The notes beneath the pieces are model-generated. The model worked only from the letters and a program-made list of their open reading frames with translations, was not told the DNA's origin and made no database searches. From Phycisphaerae bacterium (GTDB lineage Bacteria > Planctomycetota > Phycisphaerae > UBA1845 > PWPN01): a stretch of 64,000 nucleotides of DNA. Positions within the stretch are counted from its first letter, which is position 1. Every line of letters begins with the position of its first letter. Positions 53,646 through 63,550 of this stretch are shown one piece after another. The stretch is taken from the NCBI GenBank assembly GCA_012729395.1, contig JAAYDF010000284.1:2441-66440 (forward strand). Reading direction: 5' to 3'. The position numbers were made by a program, and so were the translations under genes.

Positions 53646-55766
53646 TCATTCCCGCCAGCGGTGTTTGAGTCGGCGGTCGAGTTCATCGAGATCGATGTGC
53701 GGAGTGGGGCGGCGGGGGATGGACGCGGCGGGACAGGTGCGCAACTCGAGCAACGAATGAATCTCGCTGGGTAGGAACCGCGTCAACTGAGCGTAGCTGT
53801 GGGCGTCGCTGAGGTAGACCCGCCGATGATAGTAACGAAGAGGAAAATAGATGTATAGCATATCACGGGCCCGGGTCATGGCCACGTAGAAGAGCCGCCG
53901 CTCCTCGTCGACGCCCGCCTCGTTCTCGGTAGCCATGTCCGAGGGAATCATTCCGTCGGCGGCGTGAATGATGTGCACCACGTCCCATTCGCAACCCTTG
54001 GCCGAGTGGATCGTACTCAGGATAAGGTAGTCCTCGTCGATGAGCGGAGGGCCGGCCAGATCGGCGGTCGAGGCGGGTGGATCGAGCGTGAGATCGGCGA
54101 TGAAGCGGTTGCGCGAGCGGTAGCGGGCGGCGATCTGTTCGAGTTGCTCGATGTCACGCAAACGGATGACCCAGTTGTCGTAACGGGCCTGCACGATCGG
54201 CTCGTAGAACTGTCGAAGCTTCTCGATCTGGGCGGCGACCGATGTGCCGCGCGTCGTCGGCCGAGTGAGGTCGTCGTCCTCCTCGGCCGGCGCGGTCGGC
54301 ATGCCCACACATTGCAGCAAAGTGGTCCGCAATTGCCCGAACATCTCGCGGGCCGCGGGCGGCACCTTGAGCGACTCCTCGGCCAGGCATCGCCAGGGAG
54401 ACCGCGCGGAGCCGTCAGCAACCGCTCCCGCCGGCGAGCTTTGCCCCGGTGCACGATGCACGCCCAGGGCTTCCATGATCCGCCGGGCACTCTTCGGGCC
54501 AATGCCCTCGATCAGCAGCAGCACCCGAAACCAACTCAACTCGTCGTACGGATTCTCCAGGATACGCAACAGGGCGAGCAGATCCTTGACGTGGGCCGCC
54601 TCGACGAACTTCAGTCCGCCGTACTTGTGGAACGGGATTTTGCACCGGGTGAGCTCAACCTCCAATTGATCGCTGTGATGGCCGGCCCGGAAAAGCACCG
54701 CCTGCTTGCGCAGCAGGGTGCCCATCTCCAAGTGGGCGAGGATGCGTTCGCAGACCAGGCGGCACTGCTCGGCCTCGTCCATGCAGGTGTAGAGCACGGG
54801 CTTCTGCTCGGACGGCCGCTGCGACCAAAGGTTCTTGGTGAACCGCTCGCGGGCCGGAGCCATCACCGCGTTCGAGGCCGCCAGGATAGGCTCGGTCGAG
54901 CGGTAGTTCTGCTCGAGGGTCACAATGTGCGTGCCCGGGAATTGCTTCGGGAAGTCAAGGATGTTGCGCACCGTGGCCGCCCGGAACGAGTAGATCGACT
55001 GGGCGTCGTCGCCGACGACCATGATGTTGTGGTTCTCGCGACGCAGGCCCAGCAGAATCTCCGCCTGGAGGGCGTTGGTGTCCTGGTATTCATCGACCAG
55101 CACGTGATCGAACCGCTCGGCCACCTCGTCGCCCGCGCCGGACAGGGCGTGCAACTCCCGCCAGAGCAGCAGGAGGTCGTCGTAGTCTAAGACGTTGCGC
55201 TCACGCTTGCGGCGGGTGAAGGCGTCGAAGAGATCACGCAGCGGGTCGGCATACTCCTCGCACCAGGGCCAGTGCCGTGTGAGAATGTCCGTCAGTTTGT
55301 CGGTGCTGTTGACCGTGCGCGATTAGATCGCCTGCAGCGTCTCCTTGCGGGGGAAGCGGCGATCCTTCTTGGCCAGCCCGAGGTCGTTGCGAGTCAGGTT
55401 GAGCAGGTCGGCGGCGTCGGCGGCGTCGATCACGCTGAAGCCCGGCGGCAGCCCCAGGGCCTGCCCGTGGAAGCGCAGCAGGCGGTGAGCGACCGCGTGG
55501 AAGGTACCACCCCAGACGTGCGTCGTGGTGCGCCGGCCGGTGAGCTGGTCGGCCCGGTGAATCATCTCGGCGGCCGCCCGGCGAGTGAAAGTCAGCAGCA
55601 GAATGCGGTCCGGCGGGACGCCGCTCTCGATCAGCCAGGCCACTCGGCAAGCCAGCGTCCGCGTCTTGCCCGTGCCCGCACCGGCCACGACCAGCAGCGG
55701 CCCCGCCCCATGCGTGACCGCCTCACGCTGCGGACCGTTCAGACTGTCCAGCCAAGACTCGGACAT
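53646..55766 (-). pseudogene. UvrD/PcrA-like superfamily 1 helicase interrupted by one in-frame TAA
   Basis: ORFs 55323-55814 (AGAGTGKTRTL, TFHAVAHRLL) and 53646-55154 (VDEYQDTN ... TIHSAKGCEWD ... YVAMTRAR) are in the same frame. The bridging 168 nt are open and read SRTVNSTDKL...DYDDLLLLW. The only block is the TAA at 55325-55323, where homologues have Tyr (IYSR). Confidence 0.75.
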
Positions 55767-55833
55767 TGACCACGTTCCCGTCGATGACGTTCCTGTTCCA
55801 GGGGTTGCCGGCAATCGGCCGACAAGCTTCCCA

Positions 55834-55903
55834 CCCGGGGACTTGCGTCCCCGGCTCGATACTGGACGCTAGTCCCCTCGAGCCGGGGACGCAAGTCCCC
55901 GGG
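55834..55903. repeat. Perfect 26-bp inverted repeat with nested 8-bp hairpins
   Basis: 55834-55859 (cccggggacttgcgtccccggctcga) is the exact reverse complement of 55878-55903, with an 18-nt spacer. Each arm contains ccggggac/gtccccgg. Confidence 0.9.
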
Positions 55904-55985
55904 TATCCAGTCGGCTTGCCGTGAACTGACGGGGCGGGTCTAATGACCCGGGGTGCATGACCTTTTTTCGCGAGAGGATGATCGT

Positions 55986-56621
55986 ATGAACGCACGAACG
56001 AGTGGACTGGCGGTAGTGGCGACGGCGGCATTGGTATGGGCCTTGGCGGCGGGCTACAACCACGCCCAGCAGGCCGGCGGGCCAAGCGCGGGCACGCGTG
56101 TCGGGGTCGTGGACTTGGTCCGCGTGTTCAACGAGTTCGAGCAGACCAAGGCCCTCAACGCCGAGATGGAGCGATACAAACTCCGCGTGGCCGAGGAAAA
56201 ACAGGCCAAGGAGGAGAAACTCGAGGTCGAACGCAATACGCTGCAGGGCTTCGCCCCCGACAGTGCCGAGTACGCCCAGCGCATGCGGGCCCTCAAGAAG
56301 ATGATGATCGACTACAAGGCCTGGGTGGCCGTCGAACGCGAGAACATGACCGACGAACACCGAGCCTGGATCGAGCGGACTTATGCGGCCGTGATGGAAG
56401 GCATCGCGGCAGTCGCCCGCCACAATGGCATCCAGGTGGTCGTGACTCGCGAGGAACTCGAGACCAGCGTGCCGGAGACCGAAACGCTACTCAAGCAGAT
56501 CCTCAACCGCAAAGTCGTCTACGCCGACCCCGAACTGGATCTGACGGACGCGGTCCTGGTCACACTCAACGACCTGTTCGCCAAGAAAGGCGGGGCCAAA
56601 TCCATCAAGTTTGGGCAGTAG
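55986..56621 (+). CDS. skp: OmpH/Skp family periplasmic chaperone
   Basis: ATG at 55986 (MNARTSGLAVVATAALVWALAAG). VGVVDLVRVFNEF followed by a long coiled-coil, then VVY..DLTDAVL. It is positioned upstream of lpxD, as in many Gram-negative bacteria. Confidence 0.8.
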   Translation: MNARTSGLAVVATAALVWALAAGYNHAQQAGGPSAGTRVGVVDLVRVFNEFEQTKALNAEMERYKLRVAEEKQAKEEKLEVERNTLQGFAPDSAEYAQRMRALKKMMIDYKAWVAVERENMTDEHRAWIERTYAAVMEGIAAVARHNGIQVVVTREELETSVPETETLLKQILNRKVVYADPELDLTDAVLVTLNDLFAKKGGAKSIKFGQ

Positions 56622-56783
56622 AACGGATGGAAGCAGATATGGGAGCAGCGTGTGGGGTATCAGAGCCGCGACCGTACGGAAGCGGTTCTTCTCGGCAGCG
56701 AGGAACCGCTCCCTGACGGCCGCGGCTCTGCAAGACAGCCGCGGCCCCGACAAGGCATCTCACATACCCTGCGAGGGACGACG

Positions 56784-57824
56784 ATGGGCACAAGCTACAC
56801 ACTGGCCGAGGTTGCCAAATGGGTAAGCGGGGCGGTCCGCGGCGACGCCAGCGTGCGCGTCAGCGGGGTGGCCGGCGTCGAAGAAGCCCAACCCTGTGAT
56901 CTGACCTGGCTGACCGACGACCGCTTCAGGGCGGCATTGGGTGCGTCGCGTGCGGGAGCGGTCTTGGCAGGCGAGCGACTGGGGGCTGCCCCGATGCCGG
57001 CCATCCTGTGCGCCAAGCCCGAACTGGCGATCGTGACCATCCTGGAGCGTTTCGCTCCGCCCACGCCTCGCCCGCCGGTCGGCGTCCACCCCACCGCCTG
57101 CGTCGCCCCATCCGCCCGACTCGGTCGCGACGTCGCCGTCGGCCCTTGGACCATCATCGGCGAGAACGCGGTGATCGGCGACCGGTCCATCCTGCACGCC
57201 CAGAACTTCGTCGGGGCCGACTGCCGCATCGGTCATGACTGTGAACTCTGGCCCGGCGTGGTCATCCGCGAGCGCTGCGTGCTCGGCGACCGGGTGATTG
57301 TCCACCCCAACACCACGATCGGCTCCGACGGGTTCGGTTACATCTACGCCGAGGGTCGGCATGTGAAAATCCCCCAGATCGGCAACGTGGTGATTGAAGC
57401 GGACGTGGAAATTGGCGCCAATTGCAGTATCGACCGGGCCAAATTCGGCAGCACCTGCGTCTCCGCGGGCACTAAGATTGATAACCTTGTGCAGGTGGCT
57501 CATAATGTCAAGGTGGGTCCGGGCTGCATCCTCGTGGCCCAGTGTGGGATCGCGGGCAGTGCCCGACTCGGCACGGGCGTGGTGCTGGGCGGCAAGGTAG
57601 GTATCAAGGATCATGCGGTTCTGGGCGACGGGGTCCAGGTTTCGGCTTGTTCGTGTGTCTCCAAGGATATCGCGGCCGGGGCACGGCTGATGGGCATACC
57701 GGCCATTGACCGCGACGAGTGGGTTCGCCAGCGGGCCGGCACCCGCCGAGTTCCGCAACTGGCGGATCAGATCAAGGCTCTGGCTGAACGGATTGACCGA
57801 CTTGAGAGTGCAGCGGACGATTGA
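56784..57824 (+). CDS. lpxD: UDP-3-O-acylglucosamine N-acyltransferase
   Basis: ATG at 56784. Left-handed beta-helix hexapeptide repeats, IGSDGFGY, KIPQIGNVVIEADVEIGAN and AHNVKVG. Confidence 0.92.
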   Translation: MGTSYTLAEVAKWVSGAVRGDASVRVSGVAGVEEAQPCDLTWLTDDRFRAALGASRAGAVLAGERLGAAPMPAILCAKPELAIVTILERFAPPTPRPPVGVHPTACVAPSARLGRDVAVGPWTIIGENAVIGDRSILHAQNFVGADCRIGHDCELWPGVVIRERCVLGDRVIVHPNTTIGSDGFGYIYAEGRHVKIPQIGNVVIEADVEIGANCSIDRAKFGSTCVSAGTKIDNLVQVAHNVKVGPGCILVAQCGIAGSARLGTGVVLGGKVGIKDHAVLGDGVQVSACSCVSKDIAAGARLMGIPAIDRDEWVRQRAGTRRVPQLADQIKALAERIDRLESAADD

Positions 57825-59118
57825 ACACCCTGTCGAGATCGCCGGTCTCGGTCTGTTCACCGGCGAGCCGGCCACCCTGCGCTTTCGGCCCGCCCCGCCG
57901 GGCACCGGGGTCGTCTTCGTTCGCGACGATCAGCGGCCCCCCATCCACATCCCCGCCCGGGTCGACAACGTCGCCAAACGGCTTCGCCGGACTTCCATCC
58001 GCAACGGGTCGGTGCAGATCGAGACCGTCGAGCACTGCCTGTCAGCCCTATCGGGTATGGGTATCGACAATATATTCGTGGATCTCAGCGGCAACGAGGT
58101 GCCCGGCTTGGATGGCAGTTGCCAGGCGTTCGTGGAGAAGCTCAAAGAGGCCGGAATCGTCGACCAGGACCAGCCGCGGCAAATCTACCGCGTCCCGGAA
58201 ACGATTCGCGTTTCCGACGGGCCGAGTTACGTCATGGCCGCCCCCGCAGCCCAGGACGAGGATACCCTCGAGATCATCTACGATCTGAACTACGGCGGAA
58301 GCCCGGCCATTGGACAGCAGGTCTACAAGGTACGCCTGACCCCCGAGGCCTTCGAGCACCAGATCGCCGGCGCGCGAACCTTTGTGCTCAAAGAAGAGGC
58401 TGAACAACTGCAGGCGGCCGGGCTGGGACGACACCTCAGTTACCAGGATATCCTCGTCTTCGGCTCCGACGGCCCAATCGACAACGATCTCCGTTTTCCC
58501 GACGAGTGCGTCCGGCACAAGATTCTCGACCTGATCGGCGATTTGTCTCTGTTCGGCAAGTTTCTGGTCGGCCACGTATTCGCCCGGCAGTCGGGCCACT
58601 CGCTCAACCACGAGTTGGTGCGACGACTGCACGAGCTGGAGGACGCATCCAACCTGCAGCGCATGCTCAAGAGCGAGCCCGCTTTCGACATTCGCGAGAT
58701 TCAACGCATTCTGCCGCACCGCTTCCCGTTCTTGATGGTCGACCGAGTCATCGAGATCGAGCCCGGCAAGCGGGCGGTCGGGCTCAAGAATGTGACCGTC
58801 AATGAGGAGTTCTTCACGGGCCATTACCCGGGCCAGCCAATTATGCCCGGCGTGCTGATCATCGAGGCCATGGCCCAACTGGGCGGGCTTCTCTTGTCGC
58901 GTGAACTCGAGCACACCGGGAAAGTGGCCGTGTTGCTGAGCCTCGACCGGGTGAAGTTTCGCCGCCCGGTCATGCCCGGCGACCAATTACTGCTCGAAGC
59001 CAATGCCCGTCGCGTCAAATCACGCACCGGACACGTGTCCTGTGCCGCACGTGTGGGCGACGACCTGGTAGCGGAAGCGGATATCAAGTTCATGATGGTG
59101 GACGCCGATCCGCTGTGA
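57808..59118 (+). CDS. lpxC-fabZ: Bifunctional UDP-3-O-acyl-GlcNAc deacetylase / 3-hydroxyacyl-ACP dehydratase
   Basis: GTG at 57808 (or TTG at 57802) gives MQRTIEHPVEIAGLGLFTG. The LpxC part has ETVEHCLSAL, HKILDLIGDL and GHSLN. The FabZ part has LPHRFPFLMVDRV and FFTGHYPGQPIMPGVL. Confidence 0.9.
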   Translation: MQRTIEHPVEIAGLGLFTGEPATLRFRPAPPGTGVVFVRDDQRPPIHIPARVDNVAKRLRRTSIRNGSVQIETVEHCLSALSGMGIDNIFVDLSGNEVPGLDGSCQAFVEKLKEAGIVDQDQPRQIYRVPETIRVSDGPSYVMAAPAAQDEDTLEIIYDLNYGGSPAIGQQVYKVRLTPEAFEHQIAGARTFVLKEEAEQLQAAGLGRHLSYQDILVFGSDGPIDNDLRFPDECVRHKILDLIGDLSLFGKFLVGHVFARQSGHSLNHELVRRLHELEDASNLQRMLKSEPAFDIREIQRILPHRFPFLMVDRVIEIEPGKRAVGLKNVTVNEEFFTGHYPGQPIMPGVLIIEAMAQLGGLLLSRELEHTGKVAVLLSLDRVKFRRPVMPGDQLLLEANARRVKSRTGHVSCAARVGDDLVAEADIKFMMVDADPL

Positions 59119-59128
59119 CCTTTTTCAC

Positions 59129-60013
59129 ATGAGCGACCTGATGATTCATCCGACCGCGTATGTTGACCCCAAGGCCGAACTGGGGCCCGGCGTGCGTATT
59201 GGACCTTACAGCTACGTCGGTCCCGGCGTCATCCTGGGCGAGGGCTGCCTGCTGCACCACCATGTCAGCATCGCCGGCCCCACTATCTGCGGCCGAGATA
59301 ACCGGTTTCACCCCGGCACGGTCATCGGTGAGGACCCGCAGGACATCAAGTACCGCGGCGAGCCCACCCGACTCGAAATCGGCGACGACAACGTTTTCCG
59401 CGAAAACGTCACCGTCCACCGCGGCACCGAGGTCAGCAGCGGCGTCACCCGCATCGGTTCACACAACCGGTTCCTCGTCGGCGTGCACATCGCCCACGAC
59501 GCCGTCGTCGACAACGACTGTATTCTCTCCAACTACGTCCAGCTCGCGGGTCACGTACACCTCGAAGATCGCGTGACCATCGGCGGCGTGGTCGGCATCC
59601 ACCACTTCACGACCATCGGCATGCTCGCCTACGTCGGCGGGCTCACCCGGATCGTGACCGACGTGGCCCCCTTCATGATCGTCGAGGGCAACCCCTCCCG
59701 CACACGCGGATTCAACGAGATCGGCATGAAACGCTGGGGCTACACCGAAGAGCAGATCCGCAGTGTGCGCGAGGCGTACCGCATCCTCTTCAGCTCGCGA
59801 GCCGACAACACCGGCCGATCGTTCATCGAACGCCTCACCGATCTCCAAAGCCGCCCCGATCTCAACGGCGACGTCCGCTACCTCTGCGAATCCGTACGCC
59901 GTAGTTTGCACCAAGGCGTCTATGGCCGGCAACTCGAAACCCTTCGCCGTGACACCGACATGGACCGGGCCGGTTTCTACCATCGCCCCACACCTCAGGA
60001 GCCCCAACAGTGA
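59129..60013 (+). CDS. lpxA: Acyl-ACP--UDP-GlcNAc O-acyltransferase
   Basis: 294 aa. MIHPTAYVDPKAELG, hexapeptide repeats, VHIAHD, IGGVVGIHHFTTIG and NPSRTRGFNEIGMKR. Confidence 0.93.
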   Translation: MSDLMIHPTAYVDPKAELGPGVRIGPYSYVGPGVILGEGCLLHHHVSIAGPTICGRDNRFHPGTVIGEDPQDIKYRGEPTRLEIGDDNVFRENVTVHRGTEVSSGVTRIGSHNRFLVGVHIAHDAVVDNDCILSNYVQLAGHVHLEDRVTIGGVVGIHHFTTIGMLAYVGGLTRIVTDVAPFMIVEGNPSRTRGFNEIGMKRWGYTEEQIRSVREAYRILFSSRADNTGRSFIERLTDLQSRPDLNGDVRYLCESVRRSLHQGVYGRQLETLRRDTDMDRAGFYHRPTPQEPQQ

Positions 60014-61038
60014 ACCAGCGTATCCCCGTAGCCGTCGTCGGGACCGGGCACATGGGCCGGCACCATGTGCGCATCTACAGCGAACTGCCCGAGGCCGACC
60101 TGGTCGGCATCGTCGATACCGACGAGACAAAGGCTGCGGAACTGGCGGGCAAGTTCAATACCACCGCCTACCCTTCGATCGAGCCGTTGCTGGGCCGTGT
60201 CCAGGCGGTCACCGTCGCCGTCCCCACGGTCGCCCACTTGCGGGTGGCCCGGCCGTTCCTCGAACGCGGCGTGGCCGTTCTCATCGAGAAGCCCTTGGCT
60301 CCGGACTCGACCGCTGCCCGCGAACTGCATGCCGTCGCCCGCCGCCACAATACCCTGCTCCAGGTCGGGCATACCGAGCGATTCAACCCGGTGGTGCGGG
60401 CCATGCACCAGATGAAGGTCGAGCCCCAGTTCATCGAGACCCACCGCATCAGCCCGTTCACCTTCCGGTCCGCGGACATCGGGGTGGTCATGGACATGAT
60501 GATCCATGACATCGATATCGTGCTGTCGCTGGTGCGCTCGCGGCCGGCCCGCGTGGACGCCGTCGGCGTGAGCGTGCTCGCCCGACACGAAGACATCGCC
60601 AACGCCCGTGTCACCTTCGAGACCGGATGCGTCGCCAACCTGACCGCGTCACGGCTGGCCCTCAAGACCGAACGCAAGATCCGCGTGTTCAGCCAGGAGG
60701 CCTACCTGTCTCTGGACTACCAGAAGAAACAGGGACTGGCGATCAAGAAGGATGCCAACCTCGACCTCCTCAAACTCGCCCGCGAACGCAACGCCGAGGA
60801 TCTTTCGCAACTGGCGGGCGTCGACTTCGGATCGATGGTCAAGGTCGAACCGCTGCTGGTGGATGACGTCGAGCCGCTCCGAGCCGAGCTCCAGGCCTTC
60901 CTGCGGTCGGTCCGGACCGGCGAACCCCCGGCCGTCAGCGCCGAGGAAGGTGCCGCCGCCGTCGAACTCGCCGAACGCATCGTCGCCGCGATCAAGGAGC
61001 ATGATTGGAAAATCACGGATGTTCGCGGCGATGCGTGA
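60010..61038 (+). CDS. Gfo/Idh/MocA family oxidoreductase (possibly GnnA-like, lipid A associated)
   Basis: The GTG start overlaps the lpxA stop (GTGA). VAVVGTGHMGRHH Rossmann motif and LIEKPLA. The GnnA-like role is inferred only from its position in the lpx operon. Confidence 0.8.
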   Translation: MNQRIPVAVVGTGHMGRHHVRIYSELPEADLVGIVDTDETKAAELAGKFNTTAYPSIEPLLGRVQAVTVAVPTVAHLRVARPFLERGVAVLIEKPLAPDSTAARELHAVARRHNTLLQVGHTERFNPVVRAMHQMKVEPQFIETHRISPFTFRSADIGVVMDMMIHDIDIVLSLVRSRPARVDAVGVSVLARHEDIANARVTFETGCVANLTASRLALKTERKIRVFSQEAYLSLDYQKKQGLAIKKDANLDLLKLARERNAEDLSQLAGVDFGSMVKVEPLLVDDVEPLRAELQAFLRSVRTGEPPAVSAEEGAAAVELAERIVAAIKEHDWKITDVRGDA

Positions 61039-61169
61039 GATCATCCGTCGCAAGCCACAGACCATCGAACACCACCGCGTGCGGCACTCATCCGCAAACG
61101 ACCGGCAGGTAGCCGCCTCCGTTTCAGAAGCGGCCCGACGAACCTCGCCATGCGTACCCGAGGACATCC

Positions 61170-61453
61170 GTGAGTATCGGTATCCTCTATGCCCTGGCCA
61201 GCCTGTGCTTCGCGGGCGTCAACGACTTCGCCTTCAAGCAGTACATCCAGCACGGCCGCCGTCCGCTGGGGCTGTTCGTGATGGGCGTGGGCGTGATCTG
61301 GACGGCCGTGTTCGGGGCGGGCGTACCAGCCAGCTCAGCTTCATCGTCACCGCATTGCTCGGAGTCATCTTCCACCGCGAGCCCCTCGGCTTGCGCAAAA
61401 CCCTCGCCCTCACCACCGCCGTCGCCTGTATCCTGACGCCGGCGCAGGGGTGA
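61170..61453 (+). pseudogene. Collapsed EamA/DMT-like transporter gene (internal deletion plus frameshift)
   Basis: The frame from GTG 61170 gives MSIGILYALASLCFAGVNDFAFKQY..GLFVMGVGVIWTAVFG and then nonsense Ser/Pro codons. A second frame from about 61325 gives SQLSFIVTALLGVIFHREPLGLRKTLALTTAVACILTPAQG-stop (61453), a typical EamA C-terminal helix pair. Confidence 0.5.
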
Positions 61454-61675
61454 AGGTAGGACGAAGGGGATCTTCGCGCGGTCTCCGCGAAGCGGCAAGC
61501 CGGTCTGCGCTTCCTGTTCGCAGAGGCCACATGCGCACAAGGTTCATCAAACCATGCATCCTTGACGTGACCCTTCTTCCTGTGGATAATCCCATCACCT
61601 TTCGCAGGTTTGGGGTGTTGACAGGATTACTATCGGTTGTTGATCATCATTCGAGATGTCCTCAAGGAGACGAAC

Positions 61676-62176
61676 ATGGCGGAGCCAATTTGGCTGGACG
61701 GATACGCAGGACAGACGGTTGAGCAGTTGCTCGCCCTGGAGGGTACCCACCGCATCGATTCTCTGGTCGTCGCTTTCGAACAGGCTCTCGACCAGAAAGC
61801 CGCCCGCGAGGGCGACCACAGCCTTACGGACGAGGAGCGAGTGGTACCTGCGGTCGAGGCTCTCGAACGAGAAGTCAACAACGGCGGCTACGACCAGTTC
61901 TTCGTCAATTCCTCCTCCGAGTACGCCTCAGTCATCGTAGACGCTTTGCGGAAGATCGGCTGTCCGCGAACAGCCGAGATCACCCAGTCAGCCATCTCGG
62001 CTCTCGGTCTTACGACGTTCGAAGCCGACGCCATCGAGGAGGCGATCCACGCTGAGAATGCAGGCAGGGATAGTACCCTGAATGAGTGCGACTCGCGTTA
62101 TTTCGATAACGATGAGGACATTGCCGGGCGGCTCTTCGCTTTTATCAAGGCGAACAAGGACAAGATCAGGCTGTAG
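61676..62176 (+). CDS. DUF4375 (DMP19-like) domain protein
   Basis: ATG at 61676 with AAGGAGA upstream. EALEREVNNGGYDQFFVNSS is the family signature. Local GC is lower than in the neighbouring genes. Confidence 0.65.
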   Translation: MAEPIWLDGYAGQTVEQLLALEGTHRIDSLVVAFEQALDQKAAREGDHSLTDEERVVPAVEALEREVNNGGYDQFFVNSSSEYASVIVDALRKIGCPRTAEITQSAISALGLTTFEADAIEEAIHAENAGRDSTLNECDSRYFDNDEDIAGRLFAFIKANKDKIRL

Positions 62177-62238
62177 CGGTGTTCCACCGCTGGGTCTCAA
62201 TCGTGGCCCTGGTGCAGGAGCGGAGACGACGGCTGCGC

Positions 62239-63471
62239 TCACTGGGCCTCGACGGTGGCGGTTACCAGCGCGCGAGACGCGGCGTGAGCCGGAGTCTCCT
62301 CCACGGCCGGCGCGCGGCCGATAGCGGCGGCGATCAGCTTACCGATCTGTTCGAGGCGAGCGGGCCAGGACTCGGCCGCCATGAGCCGAGCCCGGTTGAC
62401 TCTGGCCGCTTGGGTATTGGATTCAATAGCCTGGGCGCAGCCAGCCACCGCACCGGCCACGTCGGCGGCGAGCCAAACGGAGCCTTCCAGCTCGCGCACC
62501 GCGGGAAGCGGGGTGCTGACCACAGGCAGACCCGCCGCAAGGTATTCATACAGCTTGATCGGGTTGGCGTGGTGCGTCAGCGGCACATCACGGAAGGGAA
62601 TCAATCCGACGTCAAAACCGCGCAGGTAGGCGGGCAGATCGCTGTGGTCCTTGGGACCGAGGCAGTGCACGTTGGGCAAGTTCACCAACGAGCCGAGCGG
62701 CGTGACCGACGGCCCGATGAGCACGATCGAGGCATCCGGCCGGCTACGAGCCAGCCCAGCCAAGAGATCCAGATCCACCCACTCCCCGACCACACCCACA
62801 AAACCCAGCACCGGTCGAGGCAAAGCAGCCAGATCCGGCGGGACCGCGATATCCTCCCACACCGCCCGCGACAGATGCCGGGCATTCACGCCGTGCTCGA
62901 TCAAATGCACGTTGGGGTGCAGCCGACGCTTGGCCTCGTACAACGGCCGCGACGTCGTCAGCACCAGCCCGCACTTGTCGATCAACTCGCGCTCCCGACG
63001 CAAGATCAACTCGCGGTCGTACCCGGGAAACTCGCCGAAAGCATCCACACAATAGTAGATCGCCAGCTCTTCGTTGAACCGCCCAACCAAGTCCCCGATG
63101 TCCGGGGCGAAACTCCATACTTGCACCGGTCGCGGCGGCAGCGAATCAAGCACCTTGCGAACCGCCCTGCACACCAGCCGAGCGGTGATGCGGCGAGCCA
63201 GCGTCGAGCCGGGTAACGGCACCTGAAGCGGAGTGAGAACGGTCATCTGCTCGGACACCACCCGCGGCCCACGTCGAATCTGAAGCAGCTTCGCAGCCAT
63301 CGTGCACAGATCGCTCGGTCGAATGCTGGGCCGACGCGACGCATGCCAATTCACCCAAATAACGTTGTTCCGCTCCGCCAACTGGCGCATGATGTGATGT
63401 TTGCTCGTCGGGTGGAAATTCCACCCACTGGCAAAGCAGATGATGTTTTTGTCGCTGATCACGCCGGACAA
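62239..63471 (-). CDS. Glycosyltransferase, GT-B fold (GT1/GT4-like)
   Basis: 410 aa. GFVGVVGEWVDLDLL, ANPIKLYEYLAAGLPVVST (E-x7-E-like region). Start is the TTG at 63471 or the GTG at 63462. Confidence 0.8.
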   Translation of the reverse strand: MSGVISDKNIICFASGWNFHPTSKHHIMRQLAERNNVIWVNWHASRRPSIRPSDLCTMAAKLLQIRRGPRVVSEQMTVLTPLQVPLPGSTLARRITARLVCRAVRKVLDSLPPRPVQVWSFAPDIGDLVGRFNEELAIYYCVDAFGEFPGYDRELILRRERELIDKCGLVLTTSRPLYEAKRRLHPNVHLIEHGVNARHLSRAVWEDIAVPPDLAALPRPVLGFVGVVGEWVDLDLLAGLARSRPDASIVLIGPSVTPLGSLVNLPNVHCLGPKDHSDLPAYLRGFDVGLIPFRDVPLTHHANPIKLYEYLAAGLPVVSTPLPAVRELEGSVWLAADVAGAVAGCAQAIESNTQAARVNRARLMAAESWPARLEQIGKLIAAAIGRAPAVEETPAHAASRALVTATVEAQ

Positions 63472-63550
63472 TCCTCACGTCAACCGGGCATCACTCGCGG
63501 CCCGCTCGCCTCCTGGGCAGAATGGCGAATGTCCAATACTCAATGATCAA

